A DNA stretch of 36,171 nt, from contig CAWUMZ010000003.1 in NCBI GenBank assembly GCA_963923625.1, forward strand, positions 1 through 36,171, in the 5' to 3' direction. Under the pieces are notes generated by a model that saw only the letters and a list, made by a program, of their open reading frames with translations, did not search any database and had not been told where the DNA came from. The stretch comes from an uncultured bacterium. GTDB lineage: Bacteria > Actinomycetota > Thermoleophilia > Gaiellales > F1-60-MAGs149. The position numbers and the translations under genes are program-made. This document shows positions 10,859 to 22,393 of this stretch, piece after piece (position 1 is the stretch's first letter; every line of letters begins with the position of its first letter).

Positions 10859-10890
10859 CGCCGGGTCGGAGCGGACGCTCCGACCCGGCG
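10859..10890. terminator. Strong GC hairpin between convergent genes (likely bidirectional terminator)
   Basis: cgccgggtcggagcg-ga-cgctccgacccggcg is a perfect 15-bp inverted repeat starting 10 nt after the lon stop; no U-tract. Confidence 0.7.
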
Positions 10891-10914
10891 GCAGCGGGCA
10901 GTTCGACGATCGTC

Positions 10915-12339
10915 CTAGCCGGTGACGGCTTCGGGATGCGAACGGGCGACGCAGACGCGCGTCGAGTGCTCGCGCGCGGCGTGTCCGGCGGCCGCGACGG
11001 AGGTGACGAGCATCACGCAGCGGCCGGCGGCGCGGCGCGGAACGTGCACGAGCAGGCGGGAGGCGTGCAGTTCACCGCGCTTCACCGTCATCGGCTCGGC
11101 GCAGGTCGTGGTCGCCGTGCCCATCGAATTCACGGCCGCCACCTCGATCGTGACGCACGCCGTCGCATCGACGAGATCGGCCTTCGGCGTCACGTCGATC
11201 ACCGTCGGCATGTCGGAGCCCGGCGTCGGATCGGCCGGCGGATCGACGGTCATGTTGATCGGCACCGGCGGCAGGAGATCGACCGGCAGCTCGATCGTGT
11301 TCGAATCCTCGGTCAGTGGCGTGGTGCCATCGTCCGCGACGGTCGTGCCCTGGGCGACATTGACGATGACGGTACCGAGGACGAGGCCCTCGTCAACCGT
11401 GGCGTCGAACGTGATCGTCGCGCTCTCGCCGGGTGCGAGCGTGCCGCCGTGCGTCGACGACGCACCGGCGCCGATGCGCGCGAAGACGTGGCCGGCGAGG
11501 ATCTCCGCATCGCCCGGGGTGACACCGAGCGTGCCCGGAACCAGCGAGGTGCCCGCGGGAATCGCGTCGGTCACGACGGCATGCTCGGCCGGCGCGGAAC
11601 CGTCATTGGTGACGTGGATCGAGAACCGCAGCGCGTCGCCCGGGGCGACCGTGCCGCCGTTCAGATCCACCGCGCTCTTGACGAGCCTGAGGTGCGGCTG
11701 GCCGGGCGTCGGCTGATCGTCGGGATTCGGCCGGGTGCAGCCGTGATCGAGCAGCTCGGCGCCGTCATCGGTGACGTTCTGGCCGTCGAAGTGCTCCATG
11801 CCGCTCGGCAGCGCGTAGTCGAAGGCGGGGATCACGTCGTGCGGATGCTCCCCGTGCTCGTGCGCAGCAGCCTCGTCGGTGACGATCTCGTCCCGATACT
11901 CGCCGTCGCCCATCCAATGACAGACCATCATGTGGTGCTCGGGGATCATCGGATCGGTCGGATCGGCGGGGCCGTGAGGATCCTCGTGGCCGGACGGATC
12001 GCCGCTGCGGTCATCGCCGGGCGGCAGCGGAAGCACGCACTGGTTGCCGAGGATCGCGATGCCGTCGACCGTCAGGTTCTGGCCCGGGAACGAGATCTCG
12101 CGGCCACCCTTGGTGTAGGTGAAGGCCGGGATGATGTCGAGCGGGTGGTTGCCAGCGTGCCCGTTGCCGTTGCCGAAGACGGCCTCCGGCGAGACGGTGA
12201 TGACGACGTAGTTGGGCCCGCCGACGCGATGGCACAGCGTCACGCGAGTCGTGGGCACGGCGAGCGCCGTGCCGGTGAACGCGGCGAGCGCGAGCGCCGC
12301 GGCGACGAGCGGGAGCAGGAGTCGGCGAAGGCGATGCAT
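10915..12339 (-). CDS. Secreted/surface protein with two Cys-His repeats and a DUF11-like domain (~474 aa)
   Basis: Signal peptide MHRLRRLLLPLVAAALALAAFTGTALA. Two internal CH...HxxxHPxD[IV]IPAF...FxGQN...C repeats. DUF11-type LVKSAVDLNGGTVAPGDALRFSIHVTNDG...VVTDAIPAGT. Ends in PEAVTG. Confidence 0.7.
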   Translation of the reverse strand: MHRLRRLLLPLVAAALALAAFTGTALAVPTTRVTLCHRVGGPNYVVITVSPEAVFGNGNGHAGNHPLDIIPAFTYTKGGREISFPGQNLTVDGIAILGNQCVLPLPPGDDRSGDPSGHEDPHGPADPTDPMIPEHHMMVCHWMGDGEYRDEIVTDEAAAHEHGEHPHDVIPAFDYALPSGMEHFDGQNVTDDGAELLDHGCTRPNPDDQPTPGQPHLRLVKSAVDLNGGTVAPGDALRFSIHVTNDGSAPAEHAVVTDAIPAGTSLVPGTLGVTPGDAEILAGHVFARIGAGASSTHGGTLAPGESATITFDATVDEGLVLGTVIVNVAQGTTVADDGTTPLTEDSNTIELPVDLLPPVPINMTVDPPADPTPGSDMPTVIDVTPKADLVDATACVTIEVAAVNSMGTATTTCAEPMTVKRGELHASRLLVHVPRRAAGRCVMLVTSVAAAGHAAREHSTRVCVARSHPEAVTG

Positions 12340-12473
12340 GGGCGGAGTATGCCGCACAAACTGACGCGATTGTCAGGACGCGAGCCGGATCACAGTCCTG
12401 CGCAGCACCTCGACGGCCCGCACCTCACTCCTTCGACTACCCTCCAGACGTCCGACCACGAGGAGATTGCACG

Positions 12474-13634
12474 ATGCTCGAGCCGCTCGCCCCCTTCGGC
12501 AACCACCTTCCGATCCGCATCCGCTTCGGCGATGGCGAGATCAGCCGCCTGCCCGCGATCCTCGCGGAGGAGGGCGCGCAGAGCACCGTCGTGATCATCG
12601 ACCGCGCGGTCTCCGAGCATCCGGCGATCGTCAAGGCGCTGAACGAGTCGCCCGGGACGATCACGACGTGGATCAAGGAGCCGGGCGAGCCGACGACCGA
12701 CGACGTCGCCGCCAGCGCCGCCGTCCTCGCCGACGTCAAGGCCGACGCGCTGATCGCGATCGGCGGCGGCTCCGCGATGGACACCGCCAAGGCCGCGCGC
12801 CTCGTCTACGGCAGCGGCATCCCGTACGCCGATTGGGTCGCCGGCAAGGCCACGTACACCGAGTCGCCCGTGCTGTTCATCACCATCCCGACGACGTCGG
12901 GTACGGGCTCGGAGGTCTCCGGCGGCATCGTCGTGACCGACTCGGAGACGCACCTGAAGAAGGGCATCGCGCACCCGACCGTGCGCGCCAAGTACGCGAT
13001 CGTCGACCCTGAGCTGACGCATGGTCTTCCCGCCGCGCCGACGATGTTCGCCGGCATCGACGCGATCGCCCAGGCGATCGCCGCCGTCGCCGTGACGGCG
13101 CGCTCGCCGATCGGCAACGGCATCGCCTTCGAGTCGATCCGCTACGGCGTCGAGGCGCTGCCCGTGGCGATCGCCAACGGCGCCGACGCCGGCGCGCGTT
13201 CGCGCATGGCCGCGTGCTCGCTGCTCGGCGGCCTCTGCATGAACATCGCCGACTGCGGCTCCGAGCACTCGATCGCGCAGGCGATCGGCGGCAAGTACGG
13301 CCTGCCGCACGGGCTGACGATCGGCCTGGTGATGGCCGAGACGATGGACATCGACCGCACGGCCGAGCCGGAGCTGTTCGAGCGCATCGCCGACGCGATG
13401 GGCGCGCCGCAGGACGGCACGAACGACGGCTCGCGCGCCGTCAAGGCCGCCAAGGCGCTGCTGAAGGAGATCGACTTCCCGACCCTGCGCTCGACGGGCG
13501 TCAAGGAGGAGGACCTCCCCGCGCTCGCCGAGGCCGCGATGGACGACTACTTCATCACCGTCGCCCCGCACACGTGGACGGTCGACGACGTCCTGCGCTG
13601 CTACCAGGCAGCCTGGGCGATCGAAGAGCGCTGA
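12474..13634 (+). CDS. Iron-containing (type III) alcohol dehydrogenase family protein
   Basis: GGGSAMDTAK, IPTTSGTGSE, AIVDPELT and LPHG motifs; SD GAGGAG. Confidence 0.9.
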   Translation: MLEPLAPFGNHLPIRIRFGDGEISRLPAILAEEGAQSTVVIIDRAVSEHPAIVKALNESPGTITTWIKEPGEPTTDDVAASAAVLADVKADALIAIGGGSAMDTAKAARLVYGSGIPYADWVAGKATYTESPVLFITIPTTSGTGSEVSGGIVVTDSETHLKKGIAHPTVRAKYAIVDPELTHGLPAAPTMFAGIDAIAQAIAAVAVTARSPIGNGIAFESIRYGVEALPVAIANGADAGARSRMAACSLLGGLCMNIADCGSEHSIAQAIGGKYGLPHGLTIGLVMAETMDIDRTAEPELFERIADAMGAPQDGTNDGSRAVKAAKALLKEIDFPTLRSTGVKEEDLPALAEAAMDDYFITVAPHTWTVDDVLRCYQAAWAIEER

Positions 13635-13644
13635 TCCGCCCTGC

Positions 13645-13742
13645 GTGACGCAAAGGGGCCAGACCCCTTTGCGTCACCCGAGGCGCCGCGACTACCTCGG
13701 TACCGCGTGGTGACGCAAAGGGGTCTGGCCCCTTTGCGTCAC
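13645..13742. repeat. REP/REPIN-like element: two inverted 33-bp palindromes
   Basis: gtgacgcaaagggg-ccaga-cccctttgcgtcac (13645-13677) and its exact reverse complement (13710-13742). Each forms a 14-bp stem; the pair lies between convergent genes. Confidence 0.85.
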
Positions 13743-14149
13743 GCGGGCTGGTACGCAGGCAGCAGCGCGGCGAGCGCGTGCCAGCGCTCGATCTCGCAGC
13801 CGTTGACACGAGAGAGTCGCGCGTCGACGGCCTCGCCGTCGACGGTGCCGACGATGCGCGCGGTGGCCGGGCCGCCGAAGAGCTCGGTGCACATACGGTC
13901 GATCGGCACCGGCTCGAGCGCGGCGCGGCCGGGCTTCGATGCGAGCGTCGCGCAGGCCGCGGCGACGTCGGGCAGGTTGCCGGACTGCGGATCGCACACC
14001 ACCCGGGCGGTCTTCGGCGACCCCTTGTCGGGACCGTCCGGCCAGAGCGTGATCACGACCGCGGTCTGCGCCTCGCGCGTGGTCGAGCCACCGCCGCCAC
14101 ACGCGGCCGCGAGCAGGGCGACGAGCAGAAGCGGGACGACGACGCGCAC
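13739..14149 (-). CDS. Subtilisin-inhibitor (SSI)-like lipoprotein
   Basis: Lipobox LAAAC. SSI Cys pattern CDPQSGNLPDVAAAC and MCTELFGGPATARIVG...RVNGCEIERW. TAGATT lies 6 nt before the GTG. Confidence 0.8.
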   Translation of the reverse strand: MRVVVPLLLVALLAAACGGGGSTTREAQTAVVITLWPDGPDKGSPKTARVVCDPQSGNLPDVAAACATLASKPGRAALEPVPIDRMCTELFGGPATARIVGTVDGEAVDARLSRVNGCEIERWHALAALLPAYQPA

Positions 14150-14182
14150 CGCCTGAATCTACGGGAGCCGCGGCCGCCGCGT

Positions 14183-14203
14183 GGTGCGACGGCTTGCCGC
14201 ACC
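14183..14203 (-). terminator. Possible hairpin terminator after the topoisomerase gene
   Basis: Minus strand ggtgcggc-aagcc-gtcgcacc, an 8-bp stem just after the TAG; no U-tract. Confidence 0.3.
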
Positions 14204-14205
14204 GC

Positions 14206-16896
<2,691 letters not shown>

Positions 16897-17027
16897 CAGC
16901 GCCGCGGACGGTAGCACGGCTTTCCGCCCACCTTGCACCTCGCGCGCACGCGAGGGGGATCCTCGCGCTACCCTGCGAGTACGGGTCGTCCACGCCGGAA
17001 TCACGGTGCTGACGGCGCGTCAGAGAC

Positions 17028-19748
17028 ATGTCGGCAACGCCCGAGAAGACCACACACACGCCCGCCGAATCCCCTGCGGAGACAACCGGTACCTGGCGTC
17101 CGCACGTCGACGGCCCCGAGGCGATCGGCCCGCTCCCGAAGGACGTCACGCCCGAGGAGCTGCTCACCTACATGAGCGCGGGCATGTCGATGGTCAAGTC
17201 GTACCGCACGCACGGCCATCTCGCCGCGAAGCTCGACCCGCTCGGCTCGGAGCCGCCCGGCGACCCCGCGCTCGACCCGTCGTTCCTCGAGCTCGACGAG
17301 CACGCCCTGGAGTCCGTGCCTGCTGCCCCGCTGCGCGCGTTCGTGGAGGGCGACACGCTCAAGCAGGTCCTCGATCGCCTCGCCGAGATCTACTGCGGTT
17401 CGATCGCGTACGAGATCGAGCACCTCCGCTCCCATCGCGAGCGCATCTGGCTGCGCGAGGCGATCGAGTCGCGCACGTTCTGGATCGAGGGCACGCCCGA
17501 GGAGAAGCGCCGCCAGCTGATCCGCCTGCTGCGCGTCGAGGGACTCGAGACGTTCCTGAAGCGCACGTTCCTCGGCGCCAAGCAGTTCTCGATCGAGGGC
17601 CTCGACACGATGATCCTGATGCTCGACGAGGCCGTGCTGCTGGCCGCCCGCGAGGGCATCGACGACATCTCGATGGGCATGGCGCATCGAGGCCGCCTCA
17701 ACGTGCAGGCCCACGTGCTCCGCCTTCCCTACACGCAGATCCTGGCCGAGTTCGAAGGCGAGACCGACTCCCACGTCGAGACGCTGATGCCGGCGGGCGG
17801 CACGGGCGACGTCAAGTACCACTACGGCGCCAACGGCCTCCGCCAGCTCGAGATCGAGCCGGGCGTCACGCGCGAGGTGCGACTCGCGCTCCTGCCGAAC
17901 CCGTCGCACCTCGAGTTCATCAATCCCGTCGTCGTCGGCCGCACGCGCGCGCTGCAGACCGATTGGCAGCAGCCGTCGAGCACGATGCGCGATCCCAAGC
18001 GGGCGCTCGCGATCCAGATCCACGGCGACGCGGCCTTCCCCGGACAGGGCGTCGTCGCCGAGACGCTCAACCTGCAGGGCCTTCCCGGCTACACGGTCGG
18101 CGGCTCGCTGCACATCATCGCCGACAACCAGGTGGGCTTCACGACCGATCCGGGCGATGGGCGCTCCACGCGCCACTGCTCCGACATCGCCAAGGGCTAC
18201 GACGTGCCGATCATCCACGTCAACGCCGACGACGTCGACGCCTGCCGCGCCGCGGTGCGCCTGGCGATGGCGTACCGCACCCGTTTCGGCAAGGACATCC
18301 TGATCGACCTGATCGGCTATCGCCGCTGGGGCCACAACGAGGGCGACGAGCCGAGCTACACGCAGCCGCTGATGTACAAGGCCATCGACGAGCACCCGCG
18401 CGTGGCCGCGATCTACGCCGCCAAGCTCGTCGCCGAGGGCGTCATGACCGAGGACGAGGTCGACGAGATGCGCGAGCGCGTCTCCGCGAAGCTGAAGCAG
18501 GCGCACGACGAGGTCCGCCACATCACCGTCGACGAGCCGATGCCGACGTTCTCGTCGCCATCGCGCACCAACATCGAGACCGGCGTCGCCGCCGCGCAGC
18601 TCGTGCGCCTCACCGACGAGTTGCTGGCCGTGCCCGAGGGCTTCCACGTCAACGACAAGCTGCAGGCCGTCCTCGAACGTCGCCGCGATGCGCTCGGCCC
18701 CGACGGCGGCATCGAATGGGGCCACGCCGAGGCGCTCGCGTACGCGACGCTGCTCGAGGAGGGCACCGCGATCCGCCTGACCGGCCAGGACGCCGAGCGC
18801 GGCACGTTCGCGCATCGCCACGCCGTACTCCACGACGCCGACACCGGGCAGGAGTACACGCCGCTCGAGCACCTGCAGGGCGCGCGCGCCGGCTTCGAGG
18901 TGCGCAATGCGCCGCTGACGGAGACCGGGTGCCTCGGCTTCGAGTACGGCTACTCCACCACGCGCCCCGACGCGCTCGTGCTGTGGGAGGCGCAGTTCGG
19001 CGACTTCGTCAACGTCGCCCAGGTGATCGTCGACCAGTTCATCATGAGCGGCCGCACCAAGTGGGGCGACGAGTCGCGCCTCACGCTGCTGCTCCCCCAC
19101 GCCTACGAGGGCAGCGGTCCCGAGCACTCGTCCGCGCGCCTCGAGCGCTTCCTCAAGCTGGCCGCCGAGGACAACTGCACGATCGCCTATCCCACGACTG
19201 CCGCGCAGTGCTTCCACATGCTGCGCCGCCAGGCGCTCGCGCCGGAGCGCCGGCCGCTGATCGTGATGACGCCGAAGTCGCTGCTGCGCCTCAAGGACGC
19301 CTCGTCGAACATCGACGATCTCACGCACGGCTCGTTCCGGAAGATCATCGACGACGACGCCGTGGAGGATTTCCGCGACGACATCTCGCGCGTGATCGTC
19401 TGCAGCGGCAAGGTCTACTACGACCTCAAGCGCCACCCCGAGTACACGCCGGAGGACGGCACCGCGATCGTCCGCCTCGAGCAGCTCTACCCGTTCCCGA
19501 CCGAGACCCTCGCGCGCACGCTGGCCGGCTATCCGAACGTCGAGGAGCTCGTGTGGGTGCAGGAGGAGCCGGCCAACATGGGCGCGTGGCGCTCGATCCG
19601 CCACCGCCTCGAGATGGCCGCGCCGAGCATCCGCCTGCGCTACGCCGGCCGCCCGTGGCGCGCCAGCCCATCCGAGGGCTACCCGCCGGATCACAAGATC
19701 GAGCAGGAGCGCCTCGTCCGCGACGCGCTCGGGCTCGCCAACCGCTGA
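17028..19748 (+). CDS. sucA: 2-oxoglutarate dehydrogenase E1 component (ThDP-dependent; no fused E2 domain)
   Basis: YRTHGHLAAKLDPL, KQFSIEG, GMAHRGRLN, GDVKYH, NPSHLE, HGDAAFPGQG, GHNEGDEP, WEAQFGDF, GPEHSSARLERFL and QEEPANMG motifs. Confidence 0.95.
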   Translation: MSATPEKTTHTPAESPAETTGTWRPHVDGPEAIGPLPKDVTPEELLTYMSAGMSMVKSYRTHGHLAAKLDPLGSEPPGDPALDPSFLELDEHALESVPAAPLRAFVEGDTLKQVLDRLAEIYCGSIAYEIEHLRSHRERIWLREAIESRTFWIEGTPEEKRRQLIRLLRVEGLETFLKRTFLGAKQFSIEGLDTMILMLDEAVLLAAREGIDDISMGMAHRGRLNVQAHVLRLPYTQILAEFEGETDSHVETLMPAGGTGDVKYHYGANGLRQLEIEPGVTREVRLALLPNPSHLEFINPVVVGRTRALQTDWQQPSSTMRDPKRALAIQIHGDAAFPGQGVVAETLNLQGLPGYTVGGSLHIIADNQVGFTTDPGDGRSTRHCSDIAKGYDVPIIHVNADDVDACRAAVRLAMAYRTRFGKDILIDLIGYRRWGHNEGDEPSYTQPLMYKAIDEHPRVAAIYAAKLVAEGVMTEDEVDEMRERVSAKLKQAHDEVRHITVDEPMPTFSSPSRTNIETGVAAAQLVRLTDELLAVPEGFHVNDKLQAVLERRRDALGPDGGIEWGHAEALAYATLLEEGTAIRLTGQDAERGTFAHRHAVLHDADTGQEYTPLEHLQGARAGFEVRNAPLTETGCLGFEYGYSTTRPDALVLWEAQFGDFVNVAQVIVDQFIMSGRTKWGDESRLTLLLPHAYEGSGPEHSSARLERFLKLAAEDNCTIAYPTTAAQCFHMLRRQALAPERRPLIVMTPKSLLRLKDASSNIDDLTHGSFRKIIDDDAVEDFRDDISRVIVCSGKVYYDLKRHPEYTPEDGTAIVRLEQLYPFPTETLARTLAGYPNVEELVWVQEEPANMGAWRSIRHRLEMAAPSIRLRYAGRPWRASPSEGYPPDHKIEQERLVRDALGLANR

Positions 19749-19766
19749 GCCGGTACCCTGCCGACC

Positions 19767-21233
19767 ATGGCAGCGGTCGCTCCATCGCCTGCGCTCGACG
19801 TCGCCGCGCTGGCGCGCGACATCGTCGGTCCCGACTGGGTCATCACCGACGGCGCGCAGCTGCGCGTGTACGAGTGCGACGGGCTCAAGAACCAGCGCGA
19901 GGTCCCGGGCGCGGTCGTGCTGCCGGGCACGACTGAGCAGGTCGCCGCCGTGGTGCGCCTGTGCCACGAGCGCGGCGTGTCGTTCGTCGCGCGCGGCGCG
20001 GGGTCGGGTCTGTCGGGCGGCGCGATGCCGAGCTCGGCCGGCATCGTGATCGGTCTCTCGCGCCTGCGATCCGTGCTCGACCTCGACGTGCCGAACCAGC
20101 GCGTGCGCGTGCAACCGGGCGTCACGAACCTGCACGTCAGCGAGGTGGCCGCGCCGCACGGCCTCTACTACGCGCCCGATCCTTCCAGCCAGCAGGTCTG
20201 CACGATCGGCGGGAACATGGCGGAGAACGCCGGCGGCGCGCACTGCCTCAAGTACGGCTTCACGACGAACCACGTGCTCGCAGCGACGGTCGTGCTGTCC
20301 GACGGCACGGTCGTCGAGCTCGGCGGCGAGGCGCCCGACGCGCCGGGCCTCGACCTGCTCGGCGTGCTGATCGGCAGCGAGGGCACCGTGGCGATCGTCA
20401 CCGAGGCGCTGCTCAACCTGCTGCCGAAGCCGCAGCACGTCGAGACGCTCGTGGCGATGTTCCCGTCGTCGGAGGCCGCCGGCGAGGCCGTCTCGACGAT
20501 CATCGCCGAGGGCATTGTGCCGGCCGCCGTCGAGATGATGGACCGCCTCGCGATCGACGCGGCCAAGACGCAGACGCCGATCACCTGGGACACCGAGGCC
20601 GCGCTGATCGTCGAGCTCGACGGGCCCGTGATCGAAGTCGAGTCGCAGTTCGCGGCCGTCACCGCGATCTGCGAGCGCTGCGGCGCCGACGCGGTGCACG
20701 TCGCCGCGAGCCCGGCAGAGCGCCTGGAGATCTGGCGCGCCCGCAAGAGCGCCTTCGCCGCGGTCGGCGCACTCGCCCCCGCGTACCTGGTGCAGGACGG
20801 CGTGATCCCCCGCACGCGGCTGCCCGAGGTGCTCAACGGCATCCGCGATCTGGCCGACCGCAACGGGGTGCGTGTCGCCAACGTCTTCCACGCCGGCGAC
20901 GGCAACCTGCACCCGCTCGTGCTGTACGACAACAAGGTCGAGGGCGAGCAGGAGCGCGCGGAGAAGGTCGCGATCGCGATCATCGAGCTGTGCGTCGACT
21001 TCGGCGGCTCGATCACGGGCGAACACGGCGTCGGCGTCGAGAAGGTGTGCTCGATGCCGAAGATGTTCACCGGCGACGACCTCACGGCCTTCGACCGCGT
21101 GCGCGCGGCGTTCGATCCCGCCGGGCTCTGCAATCCCGACAAGCTCCTGCCCACGCCGCGGCTCTGCGGCGAGGTGCCGGGCTTCCACCACACGCACGCC
21201 GTCGAGGCCGCCGGCCTCGGGGAGCGGATGTAG
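19767..21233 (+). CDS. glcD: Glycolate oxidase FAD subunit
   Basis: ARGAGSGLSGGA, YAPDPSSQQVCTIGGN, GGAHCLKYG, GSEGT, ANVFHAGDGNLHP and GSITGEHGVGVEK motifs. Confidence 0.9.
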   Translation: MAAVAPSPALDVAALARDIVGPDWVITDGAQLRVYECDGLKNQREVPGAVVLPGTTEQVAAVVRLCHERGVSFVARGAGSGLSGGAMPSSAGIVIGLSRLRSVLDLDVPNQRVRVQPGVTNLHVSEVAAPHGLYYAPDPSSQQVCTIGGNMAENAGGAHCLKYGFTTNHVLAATVVLSDGTVVELGGEAPDAPGLDLLGVLIGSEGTVAIVTEALLNLLPKPQHVETLVAMFPSSEAAGEAVSTIIAEGIVPAAVEMMDRLAIDAAKTQTPITWDTEAALIVELDGPVIEVESQFAAVTAICERCGADAVHVAASPAERLEIWRARKSAFAAVGALAPAYLVQDGVIPRTRLPEVLNGIRDLADRNGVRVANVFHAGDGNLHPLVLYDNKVEGEQERAEKVAIAIIELCVDFGGSITGEHGVGVEKVCSMPKMFTGDDLTAFDRVRAAFDPAGLCNPDKLLPTPRLCGEVPGFHHTHAVEAAGLGERM

Positions 21234-22393
21234 TGGCAGAGCTCGCGGGGATCCTCGGCGCGGATCGCGTGTCCGAGCTCGACGGCATTCCGGTCGTGAC
21301 GCCGCGCGACGAGGCGGAGGTGGCGACGCTGCTCGAGACCGCGACCCGCGACGGCCTCGCGCTGACGGTGCGCGGCGGCGGCACGAAGCGCGACTGGCAG
21401 CCCACGCCCACGCGCTGCGACGCGCTGCTGTCCACAGCGGCGCTGACCGGCATCGTCGATCACCAGCCCGGCGATATGACGCTCGTGGCGCGTGCCGGCA
21501 CGCCGCTCGCCGACGTGCAGGCCGCCGTCACCGGTGACGCCCGCCACAACCAGCGCCTCATGCTCGACGGCGTCGGCGGCCCGGCCGCGACGCTCGGCGG
21601 CATCCTGTCGACGCGCGCCGCCGGCCCGCATCGCCACCGCTACGGCACGCCGCGCGACATCGTCATCGGCGCGCGCTACGTCACCGGCGACGGCCTCGTC
21701 GCGCGCACCGGCGGCACCGTGGTGAAGAACGTCGCCGGCTACGACGTGGCGAAGCTGCTGATCGGCGCGCACGGCTCGCTGGCGGTCATCACCGAGGTGG
21801 CGGTGAAGCTCCATCCCGTCCCTGAGGTCGAGCGCACGATCATCCTGCGCAGCACCGACGCGGCGACGGTTGCCCGCTTCGTCGACGCGCTGCGCAGCGC
21901 TCCCGTGACGCCCACGATCGTCGACGTGCGCTGGCCCGAGGGCGTCGTCGCCGTGCGCGTGGCGAGCACCGCAGCTGGCGCCGAGGCGCAGGTCGCCCTG
22001 CTGCGCGAGCTCGCACCGCTCGACGAGCTCGATGCCGCTGCGGGTGAGACCCTCGTCGATGAGCACCTGCGCTTCCCGTTCGGCGGCACCGGCGCCGTGC
22101 TCGGCGTCGGCGTGCGGCCGAGCGACCTCGCGGCGCTGCTCACCGCCGTCGCGGAGGCCGGCGGCGCGTTCGTGGGCCGCGCCGCGCTTGTGGCCGGCGA
22201 CGTCGTGCTGCCCGACGCGGATCCAGAGCGGATCGCGCGCCTCGTGGCGGCCGTCCATGCCCTAGGCGGCACGGTGCAGGCCCGGCGCACGCCCGCCGCG
22301 CACGAGCTGGCCACAGCGTCCCCCGCTCCAGCCATCGTCACGATCGAGCGTGCGCTGCGCGACCGGCTCGACCCCGCGGGAGTGCTCGCATGA
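21233..22393 (+). CDS. glcE: Glycolate oxidase FAD-binding subunit (~386 aa)
   Basis: GTG overlaps the glcD TAG by 1 nt. VRGGGTK, GIVDHQPGDMT, ATLGG, GGTVVKNVAGYDVAKL and GAHGSLAVITEV motifs. Confidence 0.85.
   Translation: MAELAGILGADRVSELDGIPVVTPRDEAEVATLLETATRDGLALTVRGGGTKRDWQPTPTRCDALLSTAALTGIVDHQPGDMTLVARAGTPLADVQAAVTGDARHNQRLMLDGVGGPAATLGGILSTRAAGPHRHRYGTPRDIVIGARYVTGDGLVARTGGTVVKNVAGYDVAKLLIGAHGSLAVITEVAVKLHPVPEVERTIILRSTDAATVARFVDALRSAPVTPTIVDVRWPEGVVAVRVASTAAGAEAQVALLRELAPLDELDAAAGETLVDEHLRFPFGGTGAVLGVGVRPSDLAALLTAVAEAGGAFVGRAALVAGDVVLPDADPERIARLVAAVHALGGTVQARRTPAAHELATASPAPAIVTIERALRDRLDPAGVLA

Noticed and set aside
13645-13742. CRISPR array
   Set aside because: Only two units, in inverted rather than direct orientation, and no cas genes in the window.
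17001-21197. 1398-aa minus-strand ORF opposite sucA-glcD
   Set aside because: Mirror-frame artefact of stop-codon scarcity; no domain signal.
19961-21232. N-terminal extension or frameshift fusion of glcE (ORF 19961..22393)
   Set aside because: The upstream part is an off-frame overlap of glcD; a GTG overlapping the glcD stop gives a normal-length GlcE.
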